This document shows, piece after piece, positions 1-9,444 of a DNA stretch of 32,000 nt. Below the pieces are notes generated by a model. That model ran no database searches, was not told where the DNA came from, and was given only the letters and a program-made list of their open reading frames with translations. Position numbers and translations under genes: made by a program. Source of the stretch: Candidatus Saccharimonadota bacterium (GTDB taxonomy: Bacteria; Bacteroidota; Bacteroidia; Cytophagales; Amoebophilaceae); the NCBI RefSeq assembly GCF_936981045.1, contig NZ_OW441264.1, positions 180,001-212,000 on the forward strand, written 5' to 3'. Within the stretch, counting starts at the first letter, position 1; each line of letters starts with the position of its first letter.

Positions 1-42
1 ACTGCCTAAAAACAAAAAACCACTCCTTGTAAAAAGCTATTA
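1..42 (-). repeat. Window-truncated end of a family R hairpin repeat, abutted by a MITE
   Basis: ACTGCCTAAAAACAAAAAACCACTCCTTGTAAAAAG aligns with the reverse complement of 5475-5511 (ACTGCCTAAAAACAAGAAAAATCGCGTATTGTAAAAAG). Confidence 0.55.
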
Positions 43-283
43 ACGTGAGTTCGGGATTAGATTATTTTTTCATTTGATAATCAATATCAATGAAAATTTA
101 TAAAATTTGTTTTATTAGACAGTTAAATAGGTAGTTGAATAACAAATAATTCTGGTAATCAGTTTATTATATATATTATATTTATAAAATTAGATATAAA
201 AACTTATTAAATAGGTGCAAATATTAACTAAATAATTGATATTAAATTGTTGTAAATCAGTAAAATAAATCCAGAACTCACGT
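43..283 (+). mobile_element. MITE copy 1 (241 bp), non-autonomous relative of the IS982-like element
   Basis: Termini are ACGTGAGTTCGGGATTAG ... AATCCAGAACTCACGT (inverted). The interior is very AT-rich with no ORF. It is near-identical to 11153-11392 and, in reverse, to 23037-23276 and 27332-27572. Flanks are TATTA/TACTA (4/5). Confidence 0.85.
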
Positions 284-671
284 TACTATCGTGTATAATG
301 TACTACTAAGATATTAAGTAAGATTAAAACTTACTTTTGACTATTTCTATAAAATCTAAAATGTTTTAGAGCTATTTTTTTTGTATATTGCTAGGATTCC
401 AATCTTACCGCTGTAAACTGGAATCATTCTAAAAAAGCATAATATTAGGGTTGCTACATAGCATCCGTTTGGGATTGGATTTTTAGTTACACTAAATTAA
501 ATTATTATTTTTAATTCCCAGCGTACGTTTGTGTAACCTTTAATAAAAATGAGTAAAGCGTGTAACCTAGTTGTATAGCCCTGACCAGACAGCCTGTTGT
601 TGTAGGGTTCCCTTTGTTCTGCCTTTTTGTGGATATTTTGCTTTTATGCGTACTTATGTTTTAAGTGATCA

Positions 672-1913
672 ATGGATAGTAATAAATTAGTAGAATCATT
701 TGCAGAATTTGCTAAATCTAAAAATATTGATAGGCCCACCGTCATACGTATTTTAGAGGATGTGTTTCGTGCGGTTATGCTCAGCAAATTTAGAAACAGT
801 GATAATTTTGATATCATTATCAATCTTGATAAAGGAGATTTGCAGATATGGCGTTTTCGTGAAGTTATAGCTGATGATGCAGTAGACGCATCTGCGCCTA
901 ATAAAATACCACTTTCGGAAGCTAGAAAAATAGAGGCTGATTTTGAGCTAGGGGAAGAGCTATCCGAGGAAATTAAAATTTCCGATTTTGGTAGAAGGCT
1001 CATACTGACTGCCAAGCAAATGCTTATACAAAAGATTCGAGCACTAGAGAAAGAGTCCCTATATAATAAATATGAACAGCTAGTGGGTTGCTTGATTTCA
1101 GCTGAAGTAAATCAAATTCTAAGTAAGGAAGTGATCTTATTGGATGATGAAAACAATGAGCTTTTTTTACCAAAGTCAGAGCAAATACCTAAGGATCAAT
1201 TTAAAAAAGGAGAGCATATTCGTGCGGTCGTTTGCAAGATGACATTTAATAATGCGATTCCGCGCGTTATACTTTCTAGGACATCTCCTCTTTTCTTAGA
1301 AAGACTATTTGAAAATGAGATTCCTGAAATCCAGGATGGGCTTATTGCCATAAGAAAAATTGTAAGAGACCCAGGGGCTCGTGCCAAAGTAGCTGTTGAG
1401 ACTTTTGATGATAGAATTGACCCAGTTGGGGCCTGTGTAGGTATCAAAGGGTCTCGTATACATGGTATTACTAAAGAGCTCCAGTATGAAAACATTGATA
1501 TTATCAATTATACTGATAATTTAGAGCTGTATATTGCCCGTGCCCTAAGCCCTGCATGCATTAATCGGGTCGAGCAAAATGGTGAAAGAGTGTCTGTCTA
1601 CTTAGATCCTGATCAAATTGCATTAGCCATTGGTAAAGGAGGCCAAAACATTAAACTAGCAGGTCTGCTCATTGGCAAAGAAATAGATGTTTATAGAGAC
1701 ATTCCCAACCATTTAGCGCAAAATGATATTCCGCTTTCTGAGTTTAGTGACACGATTGAGCCTTGGATTTTAGAGGAATTGCATAAAGTTGGTTTAGACT
1801 CAGCTAGAAGTGTTTTAACCTTATCCAGGGTAACCCTTGAGCAACGTGTTGATTTGGAAGAGGAAACGATAGATGAAATCTATGCTATATTAGATCAGGC
1901 GCTTAATGGTTAA
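672..1913 (+). CDS. nusA: Transcription termination/antitermination factor NusA
   Basis: 413-aa ORF. The N-terminus MDSNKLVESFAEFAKSKNIDRPTVIRILEDVF is typical of NusA, followed by an S1-like segment and KH-type GxxG motifs (GIKGSRIH, GKGGQNIK). infB lies immediately downstream, the conserved nusA-infB order. Confidence 0.93.
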   Translation: MDSNKLVESFAEFAKSKNIDRPTVIRILEDVFRAVMLSKFRNSDNFDIIINLDKGDLQIWRFREVIADDAVDASAPNKIPLSEARKIEADFELGEELSEEIKISDFGRRLILTAKQMLIQKIRALEKESLYNKYEQLVGCLISAEVNQILSKEVILLDDENNELFLPKSEQIPKDQFKKGEHIRAVVCKMTFNNAIPRVILSRTSPLFLERLFENEIPEIQDGLIAIRKIVRDPGARAKVAVETFDDRIDPVGACVGIKGSRIHGITKELQYENIDIINYTDNLELYIARALSPACINRVEQNGERVSVYLDPDQIALAIGKGGQNIKLAGLLIGKEIDVYRDIPNHLAQNDIPLSEFSDTIEPWILEELHKVGLDSARSVLTLSRVTLEQRVDLEEETIDEIYAILDQALNG

Positions 1914-1948
1914 CCTAAATATGCCTTCTAGATAGAGAAAGATAGCCC

Positions 1949-4693
1949 ATGAATGAAGAAAAAAACATGCGACTCAGCCAAGTGGCTCGAAAATTAAATG
2001 TAGGAACAGAGACCATTGCTTCTTTTTTAGCCCAAAAAGGGTTTGTAGTAGACAATAAGCCCAATGCTAAGATAACGGTTGAACAATTTAATTTGCTCGC
2101 TGCTGAATTTATCTCAGCTGGTGTGGATAAACAAGAAGCTGCGTATGTAACCATTGGCAAAACCTATCCAAGTCTTTCTGCTTTGGCTAGTAAACATACT
2201 CGTGTAAAAAGTAAAGAACAGGCCAAAAAGAAGACAGAAACGCAAGCAAAAATTAAAAGCGTAGTGCAAGAACACACCGCACCGCCTACTCATTATCAAG
2301 CTTCTGTTCCGGTTTTACCTGGTTTAAAGGCTATTGGGAAGATTGACTTAGCTGCTGAAAAAGTTAAAGCTGAAAGTCAGTCTGTTGTTACTGACACGAC
2401 AGCATTGCCACCTGTTCCAGTAATAGTAGAATCCGGCACTACAGCACCTTTAAAGCAATTGGAGGAAGCAACGGAACAAGCCCCTGCTAAACCAGATAAA
2501 ATAACTTTTTTAGATCAATTTAAAAGACCTACTATAGTAGGCAAAATGACGTTACCTGAATCTGCCTTTAGAAGGCATCGCTATAGCCGTGGAAGGGTAT
2601 CACAAAAGCTGAATGGCTCAATGGGTACCTCTAAAATAGGAGACACAAAGCCACCAGCTAGGTTAAAAAACCCCATAGGCATCACTATTGTCCCTAGATC
2701 CATCGGTAATAAATGTAACGCACCCGTTACGCATTTTCGTAAAGAAAAGGGTCCTAAAATAGAATTAGGTCCAAAAGAACAAGAAGGCGTATCCTCTCAA
2801 GAAATAGAAAGCCAAATAAAAAAAACCTTAGCAAAGTTGCACCAAAGCGCCGGCGATGGTGCACGCTCTAGATATAAGAGAGATAGGCGTAGTGCCTACC
2901 TAGAAGCTCAGGAAAAGCGTCAATATCACGAAAAGGTAACAGAAAAAGTTTTAAAAATCACCGAGTTTATTTCAGCCAATGAACTAGCTTCTTTTATGGA
3001 CGTTACGGTAAATGAGGTACTTTCTGCTTGTATGTCTTTAGGTATGATTATATCGATCAACCAACGTCTAGATAGAGAAGCCATTACTGTTGTTGCAGAT
3101 GAGTTTGGCTATAGCGTAGAATTTGTTGACCTACATGATGAAGAAGCATCCAAGGATATAGACCAGGGAGGTGGCGAGCTTGTGGAGCGTCCACCTATTG
3201 TAACCATTATGGGGCATGTGGATCACGGAAAAACTTCATTATTGGATTGTATTCGTACTACAAAAGTAACCGCAAAAGAAGCTGGTGGCATTACCCAGCA
3301 CATTGGGGCTTATGATATTATGACTGATCAAAACAAAAAGATTGTATTTTTAGATACACCTGGCCATGAGGCTTTTACAGCTATGCGTACCAGGGGTGCA
3401 CAGGTAACCGATATTATTGTGATTGTGGTAGCGGCAGATGATAGCATTATGCCCCAGACCAAGGAGTCGATTAGTCATGCGCAAGTAGCTGGTTGTCCAA
3501 TTATTATTGCCATCAATAAAATTGATACACCTCGAGCCAACCCAGAAAAGGTTAAAGAAGATTTAGCCCATCTCAACATCTTAGTTGAAGATTGGGGTGG
3601 GAAATATCAATGCCAAGAGATTTCGGCTAAAACAGGCCAAGGGGTAAATGAGCTTTTAGAAAAAATTCTTCTGGAAGCATCCTTACTGGAGTTACGGGCA
3701 ACTCCTTCTAAAAAAGCAAGAGGTACGCTTATTGAGTCCTTCCTAGATCCTGGTAGAGGGTATGTATCGACTGGAATTGTACAAGATGGCACTTTACATC
3801 TAGGTGATATTGTGCTGGCTGGTGTCTATTATGGAAAGGTAAAAGCCATGTTAGACCATCAAAACATGGCGCGTAAAACAGCTTCTCCTGCCACACCTGT
3901 ACAAGTGTTGGGGTTAAATGGTGCCCCCAGGGCAGGAGATACTTTTCGTGTGATGGATAGTATAAAAGAGGCAGGAGAATTGGCGCAAAAAAAGCAGCAG
4001 TTATTGCGCGAACAAGCATTACGTACCAAATCCCACCTTACCCTTGATGAAATTGGACGTCGTTTAACGGTAGGAAACTTTAAGGAGCTGAATATTATCA
4101 TTAAAGGAGATATGGATGGTTCTATCGAGGCATTAGCAGACGCATTGCTTAGGTTATCACATGAAGAAGTAAAGGTGAATATTCTACACAAAGGTGTAGG
4201 AGCCGTTTCAGAGTCTGATGTACTCCTTGCTGCTACCGCTGAAGCGATTATTATTGCTTTCCACATTAAACCATCTGCACAAGCCAAAAAATTAGCTGAA
4301 AGAGAAGGAGTAGTAATCAAACAATATTCAATTATTTATAGTGCTATAGATGATCTGCGCAGTGCGGTACAGGGACTTTTAGCGCCTACTATAGAAGAAA
4401 TTCCTACTGGTCGATCAGAAATTAAAAAGATCTTTACTTTTTCAAAAATTGGTAATATTGCAGGATGTCAAGTACAAACAGGTTTTATTGCACAATCCAA
4501 TCCGATACGCGTAATTCGGAAAGAGCAGGTTGTATTTACGGGTGCGATCCACACTATAAAGCATGGGTTAGAGGAAATTAAACAGGTAAAATCTGTTTCT
4601 GAATGTGGTATACATATTAAAAATTTTGATGAAATTGAAGTTGGAGATATTATAGAAGGCTTTGAACGAAAGGAAATCAAGCGTCAACTCTAG
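1949..4693 (+). CDS. infB: Translation initiation factor IF-2
   Basis: 914-aa ORF with GTPase motifs [20 protein letters not shown] and NKID. The C-terminal IF-2 domains follow nusA. Confidence 0.95.
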   Translation: MNEEKNMRLSQVARKLNVGTETIASFLAQKGFVVDNKPNAKITVEQFNLLAAEFISAGVDKQEAAYVTIGKTYPSLSALASKHTRVKSKEQAKKKTETQAKIKSVVQEHTAPPTHYQASVPVLPGLKAIGKIDLAAEKVKAESQSVVTDTTALPPVPVIVESGTTAPLKQLEEATEQAPAKPDKITFLDQFKRPTIVGKMTLPESAFRRHRYSRGRVSQKLNGSMGTSKIGDTKPPARLKNPIGITIVPRSIGNKCNAPVTHFRKEKGPKIELGPKEQEGVSSQEIESQIKKTLAKLHQSAGDGARSRYKRDRRSAYLEAQEKRQYHEKVTEKVLKITEFISANELASFMDVTVNEVLSACMSLGMIISINQRLDREAITVVADEFGYSVEFVDLHDEEASKDIDQGGGELVERPPIVTIMGHVDHGKTSLLDCIRTTKVTAKEAGGITQHIGAYDIMTDQNKKIVFLDTPGHEAFTAMRTRGAQVTDIIVIVVAADDSIMPQTKESISHAQVAGCPIIIAINKIDTPRANPEKVKEDLAHLNILVEDWGGKYQCQEISAKTGQGVNELLEKILLEASLLELRATPSKKARGTLIESFLDPGRGYVSTGIVQDGTLHLGDIVLAGVYYGKVKAMLDHQNMARKTASPATPVQVLGLNGAPRAGDTFRVMDSIKEAGELAQKKQQLLREQALRTKSHLTLDEIGRRLTVGNFKELNIIIKGDMDGSIEALADALLRLSHEEVKVNILHKGVGAVSESDVLLAATAEAIIIAFHIKPSAQAKKLAEREGVVIKQYSIIYSAIDDLRSAVQGLLAPTIEEIPTGRSEIKKIFTFSKIGNIAGCQVQTGFIAQSNPIRVIRKEQVVFTGAIHTIKHGLEEIKQVKSVSECGIHIKNFDEIEVGDIIEGFERKEIKRQL

Positions 4694-4727
4694 AAAAAAA
4701 AGCTTACTTTTAACTTAAGTTCCAGGT

Positions 4728-4921
4728 AAGGAATTTGTATTTTACTTTTTGGTTGATCAACAAGTAGCAAAAAATTAAGTCCTGTGCAAAAATCTGCTGA
4801 AAACACACCGAGAAACACAGAAGCCACCCTGCGGCCTCTACATTTAACTGTTTTTCTGTGCAGTTGTAAGCTCTACTTTCTGATTGCAACTTTTTACAGG
4901 GGGAAGTTTTCTTATTTTTCA
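4728..4921 (+). repeat. Family R hairpin-forming intergenic repeat, copy b
   Basis: Shares these modules with 5321-5511 and 21517-21710: GGAATTTGTAT..TTGATCAA..AGCAAAAAAT.AAG...TGTGCAAAAA, a GC-rich centre CAGAAGCCACCCTGCGGCC, and GCAACTTTTTACA...TTTTCTT.TTTT. The arms are imperfect inverted repeats. Confidence 0.7.
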
Positions 4922-4925
4922 ACTT

Positions 4926-5309
4926 ATGGGATTTTTTGTATGCAAATCTGAAACAGAGATTAAGGTCATTATGGTTTTAATCTTTTGGGGCATTCAATGG
5001 TTATATAAGCATTTGACTGCTTCGGATGGTTCAACGGTTAATGAGGAGCTAGATGAAGATCAAGATGAGATAGAGGTAAAGGATAAGGATACCGCTCCTA
5101 TTACGCCCCTTCCCATCACTAAACAAGTAGTGCGCAAAGCACCTCAAGCTGTTCCTTTGCACGAGGTAGTAGCGAAAAAACCCCAGTCCTCCCGATTAGC
5201 CTCTAGTGCAATAGAAGATCGAAAGGTCTCCTTTGGTAGAAAACGAAAATTATTTAGACATATATTACTGGTGGATGCGCTTATGCAGCGAAAAGATTTT
5301 ATAGCGTAA
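4926..5309 (+). CDS. Hypothetical protein (one hydrophobic segment, acidic stretch, basic C-terminus)
   Basis: ORF 4884-5309. Its first 14 codons lie inside the repeat, so the ATG at 4926 or 4971 is more plausible. No recognisable family. Confidence 0.3.
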   Translation: MGFFVCKSETEIKVIMVLIFWGIQWLYKHLTASDGSTVNEELDEDQDEIEVKDKDTAPITPLPITKQVVRKAPQAVPLHEVVAKKPQSSRLASSAIEDRKVSFGRKRKLFRHILLVDALMQRKDFIA

Positions 5310-5320
5310 CTTTGTATAAT

Positions 5321-5511
5321 AAGGAATTTGTATGCTAATTTTTGCTTGATCAAAAAGTAAGCAAAAAATCAAGCGTTGTGCAAAAAGTTGGTGAAAAGTT
5401 ACCCCTAAAGCTGGAAAATCAGAAGCCGCCCCGAGGCCCCATTAAATTGAAGGGCTATTTCTTCTATGCGCAACTTTTTACAATACGCGATTTTTCTTGT
5501 TTTTAGGCAGT
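5321..5511 (+). repeat. Family R hairpin-forming intergenic repeat, copy c
   Basis: The left arm GCAAAAAATCAAGCGTTGTGCAAAAAGTTG pairs with the right arm CAACTTTTTACAATACGCGATTTTTCTTG around the centre CAGAAGCCGCCCCGAGGCC. Same orientation as copy b. Confidence 0.75.
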
Positions 5512-5642
5512 GTGGTCAGAAGGTTGAATCGATACAATTTTCAAAACAAAATAAATATTATATAAAAATAAGCAGTAATACTTTACCTTAAGTCCCCACC
5601 GTTGCCTGAGCGCATGCTGCGCATGCATTAACCCTATTACAG

Positions 5643-6671
5643 ATGAAAGATTATCCTCTACCTGAAACACTTTTTACGGAATATGTCGTTACCGTTACAA
5701 AGGAACAGTCTAATCTCCGTATAGACAAATTTTTATCAGACATTTTACAAATCAGTCGAAATAAAATCCAAGAGGCGATTGCCAATCGATCGATTTCCGT
5801 CAATAGACATTTTATCAAGTCGAATTATATGGTACAGCCTGAAGACGAAATAGTAGCGCATATCCCTAAACCCATTGATGCAGCCACACTTACTCCAGAA
5901 ACGATACCATTGGATATTGTATATGAAGATGACCACCTACTTGTTGTTTATAAACCGGCCCAAATGGTCGTACATCCGGATACAGCCCATCGAACCGGAA
6001 CGTTAGCCCATGGACTATTGTATCGCTATAAGCATTTGCCTTTAAAAGACAATATGCCCACCAGGCCTGGCTTGGTACATCGGATTGATAAAAACACATC
6101 AGGTCTATTGGTAGTGGCCAAAACAGCGGAGAGCTTGGTAGCTTTGACCCGTCAATTCTATAATCATACCGTAACACGAACCTATTATACATTGGTCTGG
6201 AGCAATCCCCAAAATGAGATCGGCACGATTGATATCAATATAGGTAAAGACAGCCATAACCATCAAAAAATATCAGCTTTTCCAGACAATCAACAAGGTA
6301 AAAGAGCCGTTACCCATTATCAAGTGATCAAGCGACTACACCATGTTGCCCTTGTAGCCTGTAGATTAGAAACAGGACGCACCCATCAAATTCGCGTGCA
6401 TATGCAACATATAGGCCACCCTGTCTTTGGTGATCCTCAATATGGCGGCGATGTAATTGCTAGTGGCGAGCGGTATGCCTCCTATAAGGCCTTTGTACAT
6501 AATTGTTTTAAACTAATGCCTTACCAGGCACTCCATGCAGCTGTTCTTGGATTTAAGCACCCTGTAACAGAAGCAGCCATCTCCTTTGAAGCCCCTTTAC
6601 CAGAAAACTTTATTAAACTGATAGAGAAATGGGAAAAATATGTAACATCCAGTAGCCACCATGTTGCATAA
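5643..6671 (+). CDS. rluD: RluA-family 23S rRNA pseudouridine synthase (RluD-like)
   Basis: 342 aa. N-terminal S4-like segment (LRIDKFLSD), catalytic motif HRIDKNTSGLLVVAK and GRTHQIRVH. Confidence 0.88.
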   Translation: MKDYPLPETLFTEYVVTVTKEQSNLRIDKFLSDILQISRNKIQEAIANRSISVNRHFIKSNYMVQPEDEIVAHIPKPIDAATLTPETIPLDIVYEDDHLLVVYKPAQMVVHPDTAHRTGTLAHGLLYRYKHLPLKDNMPTRPGLVHRIDKNTSGLLVVAKTAESLVALTRQFYNHTVTRTYYTLVWSNPQNEIGTIDINIGKDSHNHQKISAFPDNQQGKRAVTHYQVIKRLHHVALVACRLETGRTHQIRVHMQHIGHPVFGDPQYGGDVIASGERYASYKAFVHNCFKLMPYQALHAAVLGFKHPVTEAAISFEAPLPENFIKLIEKWEKYVTSSSHHVA

Positions 6672-6704
6672 ACTAAAAGATCGGATCAAACAAGCTTTTC
6701 ATTT

Positions 6705-7544
6705 GGTTTTGTCGCGTTTATTCTAAAAAATCATTATTTTAGTATCTGTAGTTAAAAAAGTAGTTATTATGTTTAATATTTCGCCCAAATTATTACCTTA
6801 TTTTAAGGGCTATTGTTCTTCAGCAGAAGTCATCCTGTTATTTGTCTAGATGAAGTGTCGTTTTTCCTTGAGCTATAGAGATTTGGAAGAGATGATGCGT
6901 ATGAGAGGCGCAAGAGTTGATCATTCTACGCTACAAAGATGGGTTATTAAGTTTGTTCCTCTTATAGATGAAGCAGTAAGAAAAAGAAAGCGACCAGTTG
7001 GTGGTAGTTGGAGAATGGATGAAACCTATGTTAAACTAAACGGGAAGTGGATCTATTTATATAGAGCAGTAGATCGTTATGGTGATACAGTTGACTTTTT
7101 TCTATCTGAGAATAGAGACAAGTCTGCAGCTTTTTCTTTTTTTCGTAAGGCGATCACAGAAAATAATATTCCTAAGAAAGTAGTAATTGACAAAAGCGGT
7201 AGTAATAAAGCTGCCCTTGATACGATCAATACAGAACTTGATCAAGATCATACCATTTAAATATTTCAAAACAAATACTTGAATAATAGAGTTGAACAAG
7301 ATCATAGGTTTATCAAAAAACGGCTAAAACCTATACTTAGTTTTAAGTGTTTTAAGTCTGCAGCCATTACCATTGCAGGGATAGAAAACATTCGTATGAT
7401 TCAAAAAGGACAAGTAATTGGAGCTAAAAATCATCTTTCTACTTTTGAGAATTTTGTTATGCTAATGGCCAAATAATACCCAATATATATCCCTTCACTT
7501 AAAAGAAAAGCCTTTACTAACGAAAATATAGACGCGACAGAACC
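6705..7544 (+). mobile_element. IS6-family insertion sequence (840 bp), inactive
   Basis: Terminal inverted repeats GGTTTTGTCGCGTTTAT (6705-) and the reverse complement of 7544- (GGTTCTGTCGCGTCTAT) match at 15/17. Size fits the IS6 family. No flanking direct repeat was seen. Confidence 0.8.
6769..7476 (+). pseudogene. IS6-family DDE transposase with two in-frame stops
   Basis: A single reading frame runs MFNISPKLLPYFKGY...LFV*MKCRFSLSYRDLEEM...WRMDETYVK...VIDKSGSN...HTI*IFQNKYLNNRVEQDHRFIKKR. The stops are TAG at 6847-6849 and TAA at 7258-7260. YLNNxxEQDHR is the IS6 hallmark. Confidence 0.85.
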
Positions 7545-7557
7545 GTTTATTGATGTG

Positions 7558-7591
7558 TTATAAAAAGTTCGCCATGGCGAACTTTTTATAA
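7558..7591. terminator. 34-bp perfect palindrome, possible bidirectional terminator
   Basis: TTATAAAAAGTTCGCCA/TGGCGAACTTTTTATAA is an exact reverse complement. T-runs are built into both arms. It lies between the IS6 end and the next gene. Confidence 0.35.
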
Positions 7592-7664
7592 ATGATATAT
7601 ACAATATTGGTTAGTAATAAGCTTAGTTATAACGACTAACTAATTCAAAAGGACCTACAGTAGT

Positions 7665-9437
7665 ATGTACAAGTTACCGATTGGTATTGATAATTTTCAA
7701 GAGTTAGTGAGAGGAGACTATCTGTTTTGCGATAAAACAGCCATGCTTGCTGAGTTTCTTGAAAAGGGTGATAAGGTTATCTTAATTACGCGTCCCCGTC
7801 GTTGGGGAAAGACACTGAATATGTCTATGTTTCAGCATTTTTTTGCATCAGAGGTTAATGGGATAAGTACAGCAGGCTTATTTGATAATTTAGCCATTGG
7901 TAGGCTAGATGGTGGCAAATACCTTAAGCAACATCAAGGTAAGTATCCTGTCATTATGCTAAGTTTTAAGGATGTCAATTCGGATGATTTTCAAGGAGCT
8001 TATAATGCGGTGTATGAATTGATATCGACCCTTTATGAGTCCTATGCCTATTTATTTAGTAGTGATAAAGTTAATAAAATACAGCTAAAAAAACTGTACA
8101 GAATTTCAGGTAATGAGGCTAATCAGCAACAGTTAGAAAGCTCTTTAAAGCTGCTGAGTCAGTGTTTGTATCAGCATCATGGCCAAAAAGTATATATTCT
8201 GATAGATGAATATGATACTCCGCTAAATAAAGCTTATGGCAATGAGCGATACTTGCAAGCTATGGTTAAGTTTATGCGTAATCTCTTTAGTAATTCTCTA
8301 AAGGGTAATACTACGCTAGAGAGGGGCGTATTAACAGGAATATTGCGTGTTTCTAAGGATAGTATGTTATCTGGGTTAAATAACTTAGAAGTCTATACCT
8401 TGCTAGACGAAGAATATAGTAGCCACTTTGGCTTTAGTGAAGATGAGGTTTCATCTTTATTTAAAGCAAATGGTCTTAATACTTCCATGGAAGAAGTAAG
8501 AAATTGGTACAATGGTTACAGAGTAGGCAAGTTAGTCATGTATAATCCTTGGTCTATTATTTCCTATATCAATAGATCGAGTTGCTTTGATGTCTATTGG
8601 GTGAATACGGGTAATAATAACTTAATCGAACAAAAGATACTTACTGCTGATTCGGATATCAAAGAGCAGTTCGAACAGTTGATGCGACGGGAATCCTTAG
8701 ATATATCTATTAACAAACATCTTTCTTTTGACATCCTAGATAAAGACGATACATCTTTTTGGAGCCTATTATTATTTGCTGGTTATTTGACTTTTGAAAC
8801 AAATAATTTAAGTGCCTATACGAATGTATATGATTGTAGAGTCAGAGTTCCTAATTATGAAATATGGAAACTTTATAGCACATTCTTTCAAGAATGGTTC
8901 ATTAATCAGTTTGAGCGAAAGAGGCAATATGATTCTTTTGTAAAATATTTGGCAGCTGGTGAAGTCTCTTCTTTTGTAGAGCAGCTTAGCTACTTTTTGT
9001 GTAGAAGTGTTAGCTATTTTGATACAAAAAAAAGTAAAATACCAGAAGGCTTTTATCATGGTTTTGTGTTAGGGATGTTAGCAAGTTTAGGTATAACCCA
9101 TTATATACGGTCGAATAGAGAAAGCGGCTTAGGCCGTTATGATCTTTTATTAATACCTAAAAAAGAAGGTTCAAAAGCGCTTCTATTAGAATTTAAGCAA
9201 GTTGGGCAAGAGGAAGAATTAGAAAACGCAGCTAAGCTGGCCTTAGCGCAAATACAAGCACAAGCCTATCATACTGAAATATTGCACTACCCTCATGTAA
9301 AAGAAGTAGTAGAGGTAGGCATTGCTTTTTCTGGAAAGTCGGTGTTAGCTGCTTATGCTACTTATGATCTGTTCAATAAGCATTCTGGATCAGTGAGTTT
9401 GACCAATAGATATGGCCAGGAAGGGGGCTATGAGTAG
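7665..9437 (+). CDS. AAA-ATPase-like / PD-(D/E)xK nuclease fusion protein (DUF1703 / PDDEXK_9 type)
   Basis: 590 aa. The N-terminus MYKLPIGIDNFQELVRGDYLFCDKT...ITRPRRWGKTLNMS is the typical predicted AAA-ATPase signature. The C-terminus ESGLGRYDLLLIPKK...ALLLEFKQ matches the PD-(D/E)xK core (D...ExK). Confidence 0.8.
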   Translation: MYKLPIGIDNFQELVRGDYLFCDKTAMLAEFLEKGDKVILITRPRRWGKTLNMSMFQHFFASEVNGISTAGLFDNLAIGRLDGGKYLKQHQGKYPVIMLSFKDVNSDDFQGAYNAVYELISTLYESYAYLFSSDKVNKIQLKKLYRISGNEANQQQLESSLKLLSQCLYQHHGQKVYILIDEYDTPLNKAYGNERYLQAMVKFMRNLFSNSLKGNTTLERGVLTGILRVSKDSMLSGLNNLEVYTLLDEEYSSHFGFSEDEVSSLFKANGLNTSMEEVRNWYNGYRVGKLVMYNPWSIISYINRSSCFDVYWVNTGNNNLIEQKILTADSDIKEQFEQLMRRESLDISINKHLSFDILDKDDTSFWSLLLFAGYLTFETNNLSAYTNVYDCRVRVPNYEIWKLYSTFFQEWFINQFERKRQYDSFVKYLAAGEVSSFVEQLSYFLCRSVSYFDTKKSKIPEGFYHGFVLGMLASLGITHYIRSNRESGLGRYDLLLIPKKEGSKALLLEFKQVGQEEELENAAKLALAQIQAQAYHTEILHYPHVKEVVEVGIAFSGKSVLAAYATYDLFNKHSGSVSLTNRYGQEGGYE

Positions 9438-9444
9438 ACTAATT

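Noticed and set aside
644-4680. Minus-strand ORFs of 60-153 aa inside nusA and infB (644-1015, 1196-1507, 1915-2160, 2114-2299, 3607-4320, 4468-4680).
   Set aside because: They lie entirely antisense to strongly supported conserved genes and have low-complexity or odd composition with no recognisable motifs. This is typical shadow-ORF behaviour.
4710-4922. ORFs lying in family R repeats (4710-4922 minus, 21520-21732 plus, 22210-22422 minus) that share short peptide similarity (NRNFLQKALFCS vs IRNLLYKEAFCS).
   Set aside because: The similarity simply reflects the conserved nucleotide arm. The ORF is on the opposite element strand in copy b and is absent in other copies, so there is no consistent coding frame.
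5610-5626. Tandem GC-rich octamer GCGCATGC-T-GCGCATGC just upstream of rluD, striking in an AT-rich region.
   Set aside because: It occurs only once in the window, forms no good hairpin, and has no obvious link to a known signal. It is noted but not interpretable from sequence alone.
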